64,000 nt of DNA from Paraphysomonas bandaiensis (Eukaryota; Protista; Chrysophyceae), in NCBI GenBank assembly GCA_965644295.1, contig CBFFRP010000077.1:1-64000 (forward strand), in the 5' to 3' direction. The translations under genes were made by a program, and so were the position numbers. Numbering within the stretch: the stretch's first letter is position 1; each line of letters begins with the position of its first letter. Of the stretch, positions 1-11,074 are shown piece by piece. The notes beneath the pieces were generated by a model. The model was given only the letters and a program-made list of their open reading frames with translations. It had not been told where the DNA came from and ran no database searches.

Positions 1-547
1 CTATGATATTCTATATTTGGTTTGTTTAACCATGTCAGGCAATATTACAAGCATATATATATGGTTGATTCAATTCTTCGTCTACTCCATATGAACCTCG
101 TATGTTGTCATAGCGTGGATTGATTTGCTTTGAAGTTTGTGTTTGACTTCTTCAGAACTATAGTGGTTCTACGATACGATGACCGCTGTGTTCATAATAT
201 CAGTATATATATATATACATATATTATATATACATATGTCATTACCTATATATTATATTAGTGGGAGTGTATGACTCGTAGATGGTATGCCCCATCTGGT
301 CCTCTGCACACACTATATCTTATAGTTATGGTATATATATTCTATTGTTGGATACTTTCCCTTTTGTTTTCCCATGCATCCATCATACCATCATGGTTTT
401 CTTTTCGGGTTTTCAGTATCTATTTTCAGTATCTAGCTTAGTACCTAGTTTTCATGTTGTCCATTACATACGTACGCTTAGTTTTAGGGGGAGAGTTGAA
501 GTGTAAACTTCGCTTCCGTAGTTTTCCTATCACATACGCACTACGTA

Positions 548-2376
548 TTATGAATGAATGGATAGTATGTTTTTAATGTCTTCATCTGTCAAATCTGTTT
601 GTTCTGGTAACTTTATAAGATTGACATCTTTATTAGGTTTCTTCTCTTCATCTTTCTTCTTATTTGTATTGATTAGTTTATTCTTTGTCTTGTTTATGGT
701 GTTTTTACTAAAGTCAAATGATTTATTCATGTCTTCTAGCTCTTCATTAGGTTTATCTTCTTTCGCTGTCTTCTCATCATTACTCTTCTCAAGTTCTTTT
801 ATTCTTTCTTTCAATTGTTTGATTTCATCTTTCAATCTTTTCTCTTCTTCTTGTATACAGTTAGTTTCATAAGTACAATCATTTTCAAATTCATCGTATT
901 TGCATAACCACTTCTCTTTCTCTGCTATGGAATATAACTCTTTCGCAGAATAGTTATATCTATGCCCATTAGACTTTATAGTTGTTATTTTAACTTCTTC
1001 TAGTTTTTGATAAAATGTGTTTGACTTTAACTTTCTTATTGATTCACTTGATGCCCATTCTGTGTAACTATCATATAAACTTTTTCTAGGAACCCTCTTG
1101 ATAGGTAATCTCTTTAAAACATACATATCTTTGATGAATCTATAAGCACTCTCTAAATTACTTGATATTGCTATTCTCTTATTCTCTGTCTCTGGAAAGT
1201 CTCTCTGAGGATAGTATTTTGAACATTCTTCATCAGTAATTTCAGTTAGTAAGTATGAAAAGAATGCTTCTCCACATTTCATATTAAAGCATGTATTTCT
1301 TAAGTCCTCAAAATAATTAAAATCTTGTTTTCTTGATAAAGATATATCTAATTCTACTGCTCTTCGTCCTGATGAATCTTTCATATGGTAATTGGTGGTT
1401 GCTGTATAGTTGTTTATATTAGGTGCTTCAAATTGCTTTTCGTATTTGTCAGAGTAAAATGAAGTCTTTTCAGTTATATATAAAGATCTGATTATTACAT
1501 GAGAGAACTATTTTGTTCTTAGCTATCTACGACTTTAGACTAGTGGTATCAAGTTGCTAAAAACTGAGTTGTCTCGGGACTGCTTGTGCATTGCTGCAAG
1601 CACCTTGGTGCAAAGTCTTTTCAGTTACTGATGTTTTAATTTTAGATGAGAACCTCTTATAATCACTGTCTGTTAAGTCTTCAACATCTTCTATTATAAC
1701 AAATACCTTACCAAGTAATATTTTGTTATTTGCTGTAAGAAAAGGTGATAAATCTGTTACTCTTACTGATACATTAGAGGTCCAAATACAAAGTCATAAA
1801 AAAAATCTGGTTCTGTTGATTTTCCTACTCCTTGAGCATTTGTCTTTCTAACTACCATTAATTCTGTCTTTATGCCTCTTGCTATTAAAGCATACCATAA
1901 CAACAATGCTTTTAATGTCTTCTCGTCATTGTTACACGAAATTTCTTTCATGAAATCAATAAATTTATAAACTGCATTTTTAGTTTTTTTATCATACTCT
2001 TTGAATGGTTTATAATTAGTATATGTAAGAATGAACCAGACTCATTTATATAGTATTTAGAATTGATCTTAAATATTCTTGGTTTACCTATTTGACAAAC
2101 TATTTTAAAGATTTTGTTGTTCTTGTTCAATTGCTTCTTTATCTCTGCTTGCTTATCAAGTTTAACTATTACTTCGTTTTTGAAATTTTCTTTAGTCTTC
2201 ATAACAAATTTATCATCGTCAACATCATAAAAGTAATATGACCCGCCTTGTATTTCATAGTAATACTAAAAGACATATTTAATCACGTCTAGATTGTCTT
2301 TAAGTTCTCCATGTTTCTCTAAATGTTGCATCCTTGAAATATTGAAGTCTTCTTTTGGTAATGTAAGATTTTCCAT
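548..2376 (-). pseudogene. Decayed SF3/D5-like (DUF5906-type) helicase, probably from an endogenous Polinton-like virus or virophage
   Basis: Stitching minus-strand frames gives Walker A (QGVGKST), Walker B (FVIIED), motif C (TTN) and an arginine finger (SSGRR). There is a premature stop near 2266, frameshifts, and a LINE-tail insertion. Intronless and much more AT-rich than the host genes. Confidence 0.75.
1477..1612 (-). mobile_element. 5'-truncated LINE 3' end inserted in the helicase gene
   Basis: Perfect 15-bp TSD AAGTCTTTTCAGTTA at 1462-1476 and 1613-1627. The insert matches the 3'UTR of the LINE at 36181-39190. Confidence 0.85.
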
Positions 2377-2899
2377 ATCTATATAATAGTTTTATATTTT
2401 ATTTTTTAAATTGTTTTATATATTTTTTATATATTTTTTAAAACTATTTTATATATTGTTTGTTGCGTGTAGTTTGTTTAATCTTCTTTTCATTTCCTTT
2501 ACAACACCAACATCAACATCATCACCATTACTATACCATCACCACTTGTGTTACTACACCATCATCAACACCATCATCACTTGCGTTATGGCACTGGCTT
2601 TTTATAACTTTTTCTACTTTTCATGAAAGTCATAATCAATCATACTTTAAGTATAGTTTTTTCATGCTGGATAGATTGGGTGGATTTTCTAATTTCCAAG
2701 CTTTTTTTTATTTTTTTTTTATCTTTTAAAATATTATCCATTATATCCAAGTTGTCATCTTGTTACTTTTTGGGTGTATAAAATGGATAACTTAATAATA
2801 TTATTATTTAAAGTATAGTATTATTAATATTATTATATAAGCTATATAATAATTATATTTAAAGATTGAGTGGAAAGGAAGAGTAATAAAACGAAGTTT

Positions 2900-3200
2900 T
2901 ATTACGATACGGAGAGCCTTTCCGGCTCAGGAGGAATGCCTAAGCGGCAAGAGCGTCCCTCTGCCCTCCTCCTCGCTGTGTGTGTGCGGCACTGGAACGC
3001 CAGAAACACTGCCCAAAGGTAGACCCCCGGACTAACTCCAATACAAGGGATGGTTGCACCAAGTGTGCTTGCAGCAATGCACAAGCAGTCCCGAGATGGT
3101 TGAAGAATTTAGTAAAAATAGCGACTCATATTATTAAGTCCATAGCTACATTACAAATTCTAGATACAACCGTTCTCATGTAATAATCAGACATTTCTAC
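2900..3200 (+). mobile_element. LINE 3' fragment (ORF end PKGRPPD*, structured 3'UTR, terminal motif)
   Basis: cccaaaggtagacccccggactaa, then GGGATGGTTGCACC...CAAGCAGTCCC, then the atgtaataatcagac terminus shared with the other copies. Confidence 0.75.
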
Positions 3201-3692
3201 ATGGATCGATGCTATCAACAAAGAAATATCCACTCTTCAGAGAAAAGGATGCTGGAGATACAATGCGACTCTAAGTCAGGAGCAGTATGTCAACAAACTA
3301 CTGGACAAATTCAATATGTCCTTACGAGAAACCACTAGGAGCAACTAATTTCCTCACATTGTGAACTACATTAATGGGGGGAGCTGGGTTCGACATACCA
3401 TCCAGCAACAACAGAAAGCGATCAACAACCTCTGAGACACCCAAATCACAATTCTCTCTATTATCTACGGTTCACTGATTATTTCATTGAGGGGGCGTAT
3501 TAGGATTCAGCTTAATACAAGATTGTATCTGTGAGTTATAATGTTCAATGAAATACATCATGAACTGAATTAGAGAGAGTATCTGTTGAAGATACATGAT
3601 CGTCATCATAACGTCGTCATTATCAGTTACACTTCTAACTATTCCGTTGTGTATGTGATAGTTATGTTCTATATTGTTATACATTATTCTCA
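3200..3692 (+). mobile_element. Copia 3' remnant: RT fragments, PPT and partial LTR
   Basis: WIDAINKEISTLQRKGCW and LSQEQYVNKLLDKFNMS are Copia RT-like. PPT GAGGGGGCG precedes an LTR starting TATTAGG at about 3499, homologous to 4497-4677 and 34606-34875. Confidence 0.65.
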
Positions 3693-3699
3693 CTTCACT

Positions 3700-4677
3700 G
3701 AAGAAGGACCACTGTCTTCATAGTCTGCGAGTTGGTAGAAGTAGTCGTTTTGAAGCTGCAAGCTGAATACTGTCGGTTTTTGTTTCTTCGTTGCTTGACA
3801 ATAGCATTCCAACAGACGAGCTCCCTAACCTGCGTAGTCTGCGTATCAGTGTTTTGTAGTCATCGATAGGGTGCATTTGGAGTTTTTGCCAGTTCACGAT
3901 ACGTCATATTTCCTTTGGATACCAGGTCTTTTCGAATGCGAGATATTAAATCTTGGTCACTTATCTGATGACAATAATTAATCAGCTTGTTTCTGAGCTT
4001 TTCGACAGCGTCAAGAAAGTTGATTATCGACTGACCTTTTTTGATTTTTATGCTCTGGAATTGTCCAATCAGATCAGTGATTACGTCATTAGTCGTTTTT
4101 TCCTTAAAGTGGTTCAACAAGTCGGTCCAGGCGGTTTTTTACCATCTCCAAAATCCCTTCAGCCTTTTCATTTTGACCAAAGATAGAGCTTGAAATGACT
4201 GACCATAGGTAGTTATTACCTTCATCACAATATCGATTCGCATCCTGATATTGTTCGAGTCGATACTGGTAGTCCCCGCATCTGATTTTTCTCCTGCTTC
4301 AGGCTCGATTGGGTGATCGTTCTGTAGAGTATAAACGACCTTTATCTTGCGATAGAACCATGTGCGGCATTTCTTCTGCCACCTGGAGAAGTTCTTCGCA
4401 TCGAATTTCGGCATTGAGTCTTTTCGCTTGTCGGTTGTCGAATCCGAGTCGGTTGAGTCGTAACTTGTAACTTTAACTGACATATCTCGCTACCAAATAA
4501 AGAATTGATCTTAGTAATAGTAAAACAATGTTGTGATTATTAGAGTTAGTGATAATGACGACGTTATGATGACGATCATGTATCTTCAACAGATACTCTC
4601 TCTAATTCAGTTCATGATATGTTTCATTGAACATTATAACTCACAGATACAATCTTGTATTAAGCTGAATCCTAATA
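3700..4677 (-). mobile_element. Copia 5' remnant: LTR, PBS and decayed gag
   Basis: LTR 4497-4677, then PBS TGGTAGCGAG (tRNA-Met-like), then gag MSVKVTSYDS...PKFDAKNFSRWQKK and a UBN2-like segment at 3860-4120. Confidence 0.7.
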
Positions 4678-5043
4678 ATAAATGCTGCGAGATGGATATG
4701 CGAACATAGAAAGGTAGTTTACAAGAGGAGGTACGCACCAAATCTCTCATTGCTCTATCATAGTGCGTGTGCTAGATGCACATATCGACTTAGATACAAA
4801 ACAAAGATTAAAAGTAGTGCTTGGTCTGGTGATACTTTTAAGTCGTCGTTGATACAACATCATATAAACTAATGCATTCTATATCTAAAATATTACAAAT
4901 ACGAGGGTAAAGCAAAAGCAGATGGCTTTACGCAAATGGAAATTAATTAGGATTAAAGAATCCACTGTAATACGATAATATATATGACACACCTCAGTAC
5001 TTCTTGCTGTGGCGCACTTGAAAACGACAGTACCCCGGCACCA

Positions 5044-5736
5044 TTACCGGCTAATACTTTGGCGCCCTCCTGGAAATACATTAGCGTACATATCACAAGA
5101 GGAACTGTACCTGTTCCACTTCGGCAATCGAGAAGGGCTAACATCACGCCCTGCGTCATAGCTTGACCTTGGTGCTGATCCGGTCAGTCTTAATGTTGAG
5201 CTTTTCGATTCTGTTATCATTTTGCATGCATCAGCCATATCTCGAGATAATATCTTTTCTCTGCTGAGTTGGCGAGACCCTTCTGGAATCGCAAACTTTT
5301 TAAAATTAGAGTTTGCATCTGTCATAGTCGTTGAAAATCGCTCCTTAAAGTCCAATGAGTAACACTACAACTCATAGAGTAAACCTTCCTCTTACCTCTG
5401 CAGATAGTGGTGTCAATCCATGTTCGAATATCAGCGAATAGGACATTCCGTCTTTATTTTTTGCCCTGATATCTTCAATTGATGGAAGTTTCAATGACGA
5501 TATTCTGGGATCGGGCTGCATATCACGTGGGTCACAGTGATTTCTAGAATACTCTGTATCATAGGAATACTGGCATCGACTCCGTGACACTAGAATTTCA
5601 GCCCCATACTTATCTTCATTCCAATTGCCATCCCGCACCTAAAATATATTACCAAAGGTTGAGTTGACATAGGTAGTACACATACATATGAAGAATACGA
5701 GTTCTTGTGCCCACATATACCGAACCCTTGATGCAT
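5044..5736 (-). CDS. Three-exon gene with an N-terminal YSSYVRDGNWNEDKY motif, similar to ciliary microtubule-inner proteins (CFAP68/CFAP107-like)
   Basis: Exons at about 5736-5686, 5638-5396 and 5344-5044, with GT-AG introns of 47 and about 51 nt that keep the frame. The GNW-x-E motif is recognised from memory only. Confidence 0.55.
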
Positions 5737-6281
5737 ATTATAGAAACTTAATTTTCTATAAGGAGAATTCTATGCCTCACAGATTCACTTAATAAAATTT
5801 CGCCGAATTAAGGGGTTTATCACCACGAAAACCCTTCCCCCTAAGTATTGAATTAGTTTTCAATACGACACAAAGGCTAAACGGGGTTGCTGATAAATGT
5901 AGTGAGAGGTGCTTTCTTGTGTGCCGCGAGGATTGAGTATCGTGACGTCCCAAATAGAGCGGTTTCGTGTTTTTTAGTTTAGTGAAATCTGACACCACCA
6001 GGAGCACAAACTCTAGTAGGAATAATTTTAGTAGAAGGAAGTACTGTTTTTTGGATGAATGCAATGGTGTGGTTGTGTACTTCTGTAAAACAGGGTATTC
6101 CCTATTCGGCGGTATTCTGAAAGGATATAAAGTTAACTGCAGCTACTGTAAATGCGTCTTTTTGGTGTGTGGTACAGTAATCTATTCATTGAAATATCAT
6201 TTCAAGCTTGTCATTAATTTAAACGAAAGTTCACATTCCTATCGTCCTTAGCCTCAAGTCTTCAGCTATATTTGAAATTCC

Positions 6282-7543
6282 ATGGCCCGCGCATTTCTTG
6301 AAATTGAGAACGAGCTTAAAGATGCTTTTTACTCTGCCCAAGAAAACACACGCATACGTGGGCTGAAGGTGTGAGCAGATGTCGTGGAGTATACGTTTGA
6401 CGAGTGTTGTGTAGATATCTATATCTAATGATATTATTAAACTGGAATCTACTATAGAATGTTATGAGAGTCCGGAATATGATTTTGAAAACTCACTGCT
6501 GCTAAGTTTAAGTGACACTGAAGCCCGTTTAATTACGTTTTGCATAGCTGATAGAATGTCTGGGTGCACTCCAAAGTGGGTACTCATTGCTTGGGTTCCT
6601 GATTCTTGTCCAGTAAGAGACAAGATGCTATATTCAAGCTCAAGAGAAGATTTAAAGAAGTCACTTGGACTGGGGTATTTCGTCGGCGAGTACTATGCTA
6701 ATACGAAAAGTGATATGACATGGAGTCAGATCAATGAGTATATATCTAAAGATCGTGTAGATGTCCCACTGTCTCTTGGTGAGAAGTTGGTACTTGAAGA
6801 GAAGGTTAGCCAACTAGTTTTGTGTGTATTTCTGACTCGATAGTAGACTTTGACTCATGTGGAAAGCAACGTGACGAGATCCACTGCCATGGGTGCATTG
6901 CCATTCCATTTGTCATCGTCAATTATATCGGCATTAGATAAACTTGAGAAAGGCGAAGTAAATTGGGTAGAAATGACCCTGAATTCTAGCGAAGAGATTG
7001 ATTTAGTGCATGAAAAAGTGGTGGACACAAATTCCACCCTTCAGGCCCATATTTCGTCGACCGATGCCAGGTCTATATTGTTAGTACTGTAGCTTTTGTA
7101 AATGGATAATCACAGGTTTATCGCTATACGTCTGTCAAAGTCTTCATCTTCGTGTTTTGTGTTCTTGTTTTCCTGTCCGGAGAATACGCCTGTAAGGATG
7201 AGGATGTCCATGTCGTCGTGCAAGGTCGCAGTTGTGTTGCATGGAACTGTGCTGATATTGAGCTATTAGGCATCCGTTTTGGCGGCATGTTCATCAAAAG
7301 GAATTAGTTTTGACAGGTACTCACTTAGCTGCTTCGTGTGCATGCGGTAACATTTGCCATATAATGATCAGAAGCATTGAAATCCGCTCCAGTGATGAAA
7401 TAGACGATCATCTTCAACTTGAACGTGAGGATACTACAACTGCCGCGACTTCTGGGCCCAGTTCTGCATCAGCAGTGATGACTCACTCTAAACCTCAGCG
7501 CCCTGGCCGAGGAAAGGCAAGAATTGCAAAATTCACTCTATGA
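6282..7543 (+). CDS. TWF: Twinfilin (two ADF-H domains), six exons
   Basis: WVPDSCPVRDKMLYSSSR, FSCPENTPVRMRMSMSSCK and C-terminal KPQRPGRG. Five short GT-AG introns give a continuous frame. Confidence 0.9.
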
Positions 7544-8055
7544 GCGGAGATATCCCGATCCACTACTGTTAATGGTATCGAGTTGCATTTCTGAGTGTTA
7601 CATGCTTTGTTAATATATGATACAGATACGAACCCAGATACGAAGGAAGAAGATGTTCGTACAATTGAGTTGCATTAACTTTTCTAACCATAAGACCATA
7701 TGGTAACACAGTAAATGCAAATATTCTTGACACCTGTCTGGTATTTTCTTCGAAGGAAAGATATTTTAAATAGAATGACTACAAAACATCAGTTGGATAA
7801 TGCACACAATATTTTCTTTGTACTCGCTATTTAGTATCATAAAAACGAATACAACTAGAATGCCACCGCGAAATCATTATTTTTCTCTCTTCTCTTACGA
7901 TAAATCTTTACCTTCAGTTTCACCCTATATTACTTCTAACTACAATATACGGATTGTACTGTTTTGATGCACTGCAAGTACCATTTAGTTTGGAATCTTA
8001 ACAGCTACTTTAAGGTGCATCGTAGGTCTTAACATAACACTGTACGGGTTACCAT

Positions 8056-9767
8056 TGTTGAGTTCTGCAATATGATGTAATATATATTGTGCAACTGAAG
8101 TGAGTTAACAGTGTGCAATAGGTAAAGTCAACTCATAGGTGTAACGGGTGATTATAGTTACAAAGGAATTAAATTCAGTTACTGATGTGTGACTATACAA
8201 GATATAGAACTGACTGATGAACATATGATAAACAGATGTTGCTATAAGAACAGATGTTTCAACATATGTTACACGAATATGTAGTGAAGTGTTCAGAATA
8301 ATAATCATAATTTCTTACTTGCAAGTGCATTGTGTTCAACAGCAAGGTTAAGGTTTACGTGTAGAGCAAAGTTAACTTCAGTGAAATGTCCAATGTTAAC
8401 ATGGTAGCGAGTGGTAGCACTGAAGAGACGAAGGAGGACAGCAAGGTGTTGAAGTTCGACAAGTACCAGGCGGAGGCGTCTGCTCAGAAAATAAAGATTC
8501 ATCTGATGAAGAAAAATCGGAACCATCTGGGGTTAAGCCGAAACCTGCTGGAGGAGGCAGAGCACGAGAATTATGGCATGAGCGAAATGACACGTGTGTT
8601 GCAACGATTTGGGAGGCTTGTGAACATGACGCTGATGTATTAGAGGTTGCCAATCAATACATGGAGGCGAAGGCGTTACTTCCAGATGATGATCCCAATA
8701 AGGAAGTTTTGTCCAATGAAATGCTTCAGACGCTGGTGGATAGGTTTAGAGGTGAGTTGGGAAATGTACTCGAGAAGACTACAGCGGAATACCATAGCTT
8801 TAAAATTAGAGCCAATGAAAAGGTCGCTATTGGTATTGATAGGTTGAATGGGATAATACAGAAATTGACTAAGTTGGGACAACCGCCAACCGAGGAGAGC
8901 AAGCTCGCCAAGATCAAAAAGTCCATACATACTCCAGAGCTGAAGGAGTTGTGGTTAGCTATTGCAATGCTGCCTAAAGCAACGACCACGTATCAGATAG
9001 TTAAAGACGCGTGCGAAGAATTCGATGAGGCTAAACGACAACTGGAGGAGTTCGAAATTGACAAACAAGGAGAACAGGTCAATATGCTCGGACCACAAGG
9101 AGGTGTGGAGAATGTCAAATGCTCATTCTGTATGAAAAAAGGGCATACTGCAAGTGTGTGTCGTGTCAAACACAAAAATAAAATTTTCCAGAAGTTCAAG
9201 CGAAATGGGAAGGCTAAAGCAAAGAATATGAGGAAAGGAGCGCAACAAGTGGGTTCAGAAGCATATACAGGGTGTTTTCATTGTGGTAGCAAAGAACACA
9301 AGGCTGCTGAGTGCAAAAGAGGGAACAAGAGGAAGATCGATAGGAAATATGAGAAAAAACGCTCCACGAAGGTTAAGAAGAGTTCATCAGTGGGGTGGTC
9401 CTAATACGTAGATGATGACGTTTCATCTGGAGAGGAGACCAACATGATAGATGGTGAAGTACTTCTGACTGAAACTGGAGATGAACGAGTGTACCTGGAT
9501 AGTTGTGCTGGAAAGCAGTTGTTTATCGTCAAGGATGATAGAGTGCTGGAGAAGTATGTAGAAGAGCCGGGAGTAATATCACTGACCAAAAAGGGATCGG
9601 CGATGGAGACCCAAGGAGTGGGAAGTTTTCAGCAGTGGCGCGGCATCAAAGTATGTAATGATGCAGTGAAGAATATTGTCTCTGGAGGTATGCTGCGGGC
9701 TATGGGGTATGGAAATTGAAAATCTGATTATTAAGAAGCGCAAGCTTGTGCGTTGCCGCGACCAACC
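8056..9767 (+). mobile_element. Copia remnant: 5' LTR (8056-8341), decayed gag with two CCHC knuckles, and protease
   Basis: LTR ends TGTTGA...TCAACA. Knuckles CSFCMKKGHTASVC and CFHCGSKEHKAAEC. Protease YLDSCA. Internal stops and frameshifts. Confidence 0.8.
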
Positions 9768-9769
9768 TA

Positions 9770-10920
9770 ACAACTCGCGCGACACTATGCATAACATGAC
9801 TCTCATCTAGTTACTATTGCATGCACCGACAAGTGCTCAACTATACAACACGATTTAGTTAGCTACATGGGCATACGACGAGTTGCGTGTTTAAGCCGGA
9901 TCATACGCTCCTGCCCAATCTACTTGTCCTAACACAAACAACTTGCGGTCGGTGACTTCGGCATATGTCTCCTGTATATGCGGCAGATCTTTAGGGCCCT
10001 CTTCAAGGTGGTGTTCACAGCAGCAGGTAGTCTGGAAGGGAGAATAAAGTAGCTCTATAGCGCCGGGTCCTCCCACGGTCACGAAGCGGTCTCACTGGTG
10101 CAATTTTGCACACTGACGCATGAAACAGACATCTACCAAAATCTGTTACAAATTCAAGCTGACTCCAATGTCTTCCCTCCATTGTGTGCACTCGTCCAGC
10201 ACATGCATCCACCTTGCACTCTTCTCCCGAGTGACTTACACTAGTAGGAAACCGTGCACCTTCCCCGCTCGGATGAAAACCTACTAAGCAAGAATAACAT
10301 AAAAGCACCACAAATGTACCTGACACTGCTTGGAGAACAGTGCCAGAGCCTTGATATAATCTCAATGACCTGGGTCAGGAGAAACCAAGACTAGGCAGTA
10401 GACGTGTGAGAAGACATGACAGGTCTAATCACATCATTGCCATTGCCATGCATCCATGAGGAAAGTTTGACGCATTACCTCGGTCATTGGCCACACAGAT
10501 ACCGAATAATGTGAACTCATACTCAGCATCAATCACTCAAAGCAAACGCAGGGAGCAAGCAGAATGTTGATATACCTGACATCTGCTGACTTCAGGTGTT
10601 TTGAGTTCTTAAGGTGAACATCCCGGATGCTTGACTTCAGCAGGCAGCCCAATACCCCGGTTACCCTTCTGGTGGGCCCTGTCCCGGATGCCCTTGAGGT
10701 GGGCCCATTCCCGGATGCCTGTTTATTCGTCAGGGCCCAAAGACGTCTACACAAGTGACACTTATTAGTGTCCCTTGTACCACACAAGCATTTGGCTATG
10801 AGTGGGCAGAACAATATCTGCTGACTATGTTTGCGGCTCACGTTAGTTTCCCAGAGAGAATCTCTCCGGTACTTATCCCCCAGAACACCACGAAAAGGTG
10901 CGAGTCCGACTTTGTTGAGG
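9770..10920 (+). mobile_element. Possible DIRS/tyrosine-recombinase retroelement remnant with a structured GC-rich 3' region
   Basis: Degenerate YR-like pieces (LATWAYD..AGSY, LFSR, H-SMRK, GHW). 10630-10920 recurs inverted at 57336-57576. Confidence 0.35.
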
Positions 10921-11074
10921 GTGGGGTATGGACTCGAATTACTGAGAGTACAAAAAATCGTAGAATTGAACACTGGCAGAGAGGTGTTGGTTGGAAATTA
11001 CGATGTGCATGGAGGAATGCCATGGGTGGCATTGCATGATGTGTTAAATTTACCTTGCATATCGTCCTGCCATT

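Noticed and set aside
2490-2600. His-rich ORF (QHQHQHHHHYY)
   Set aside because: Low-complexity CAT/CAC repeat with no coding support.
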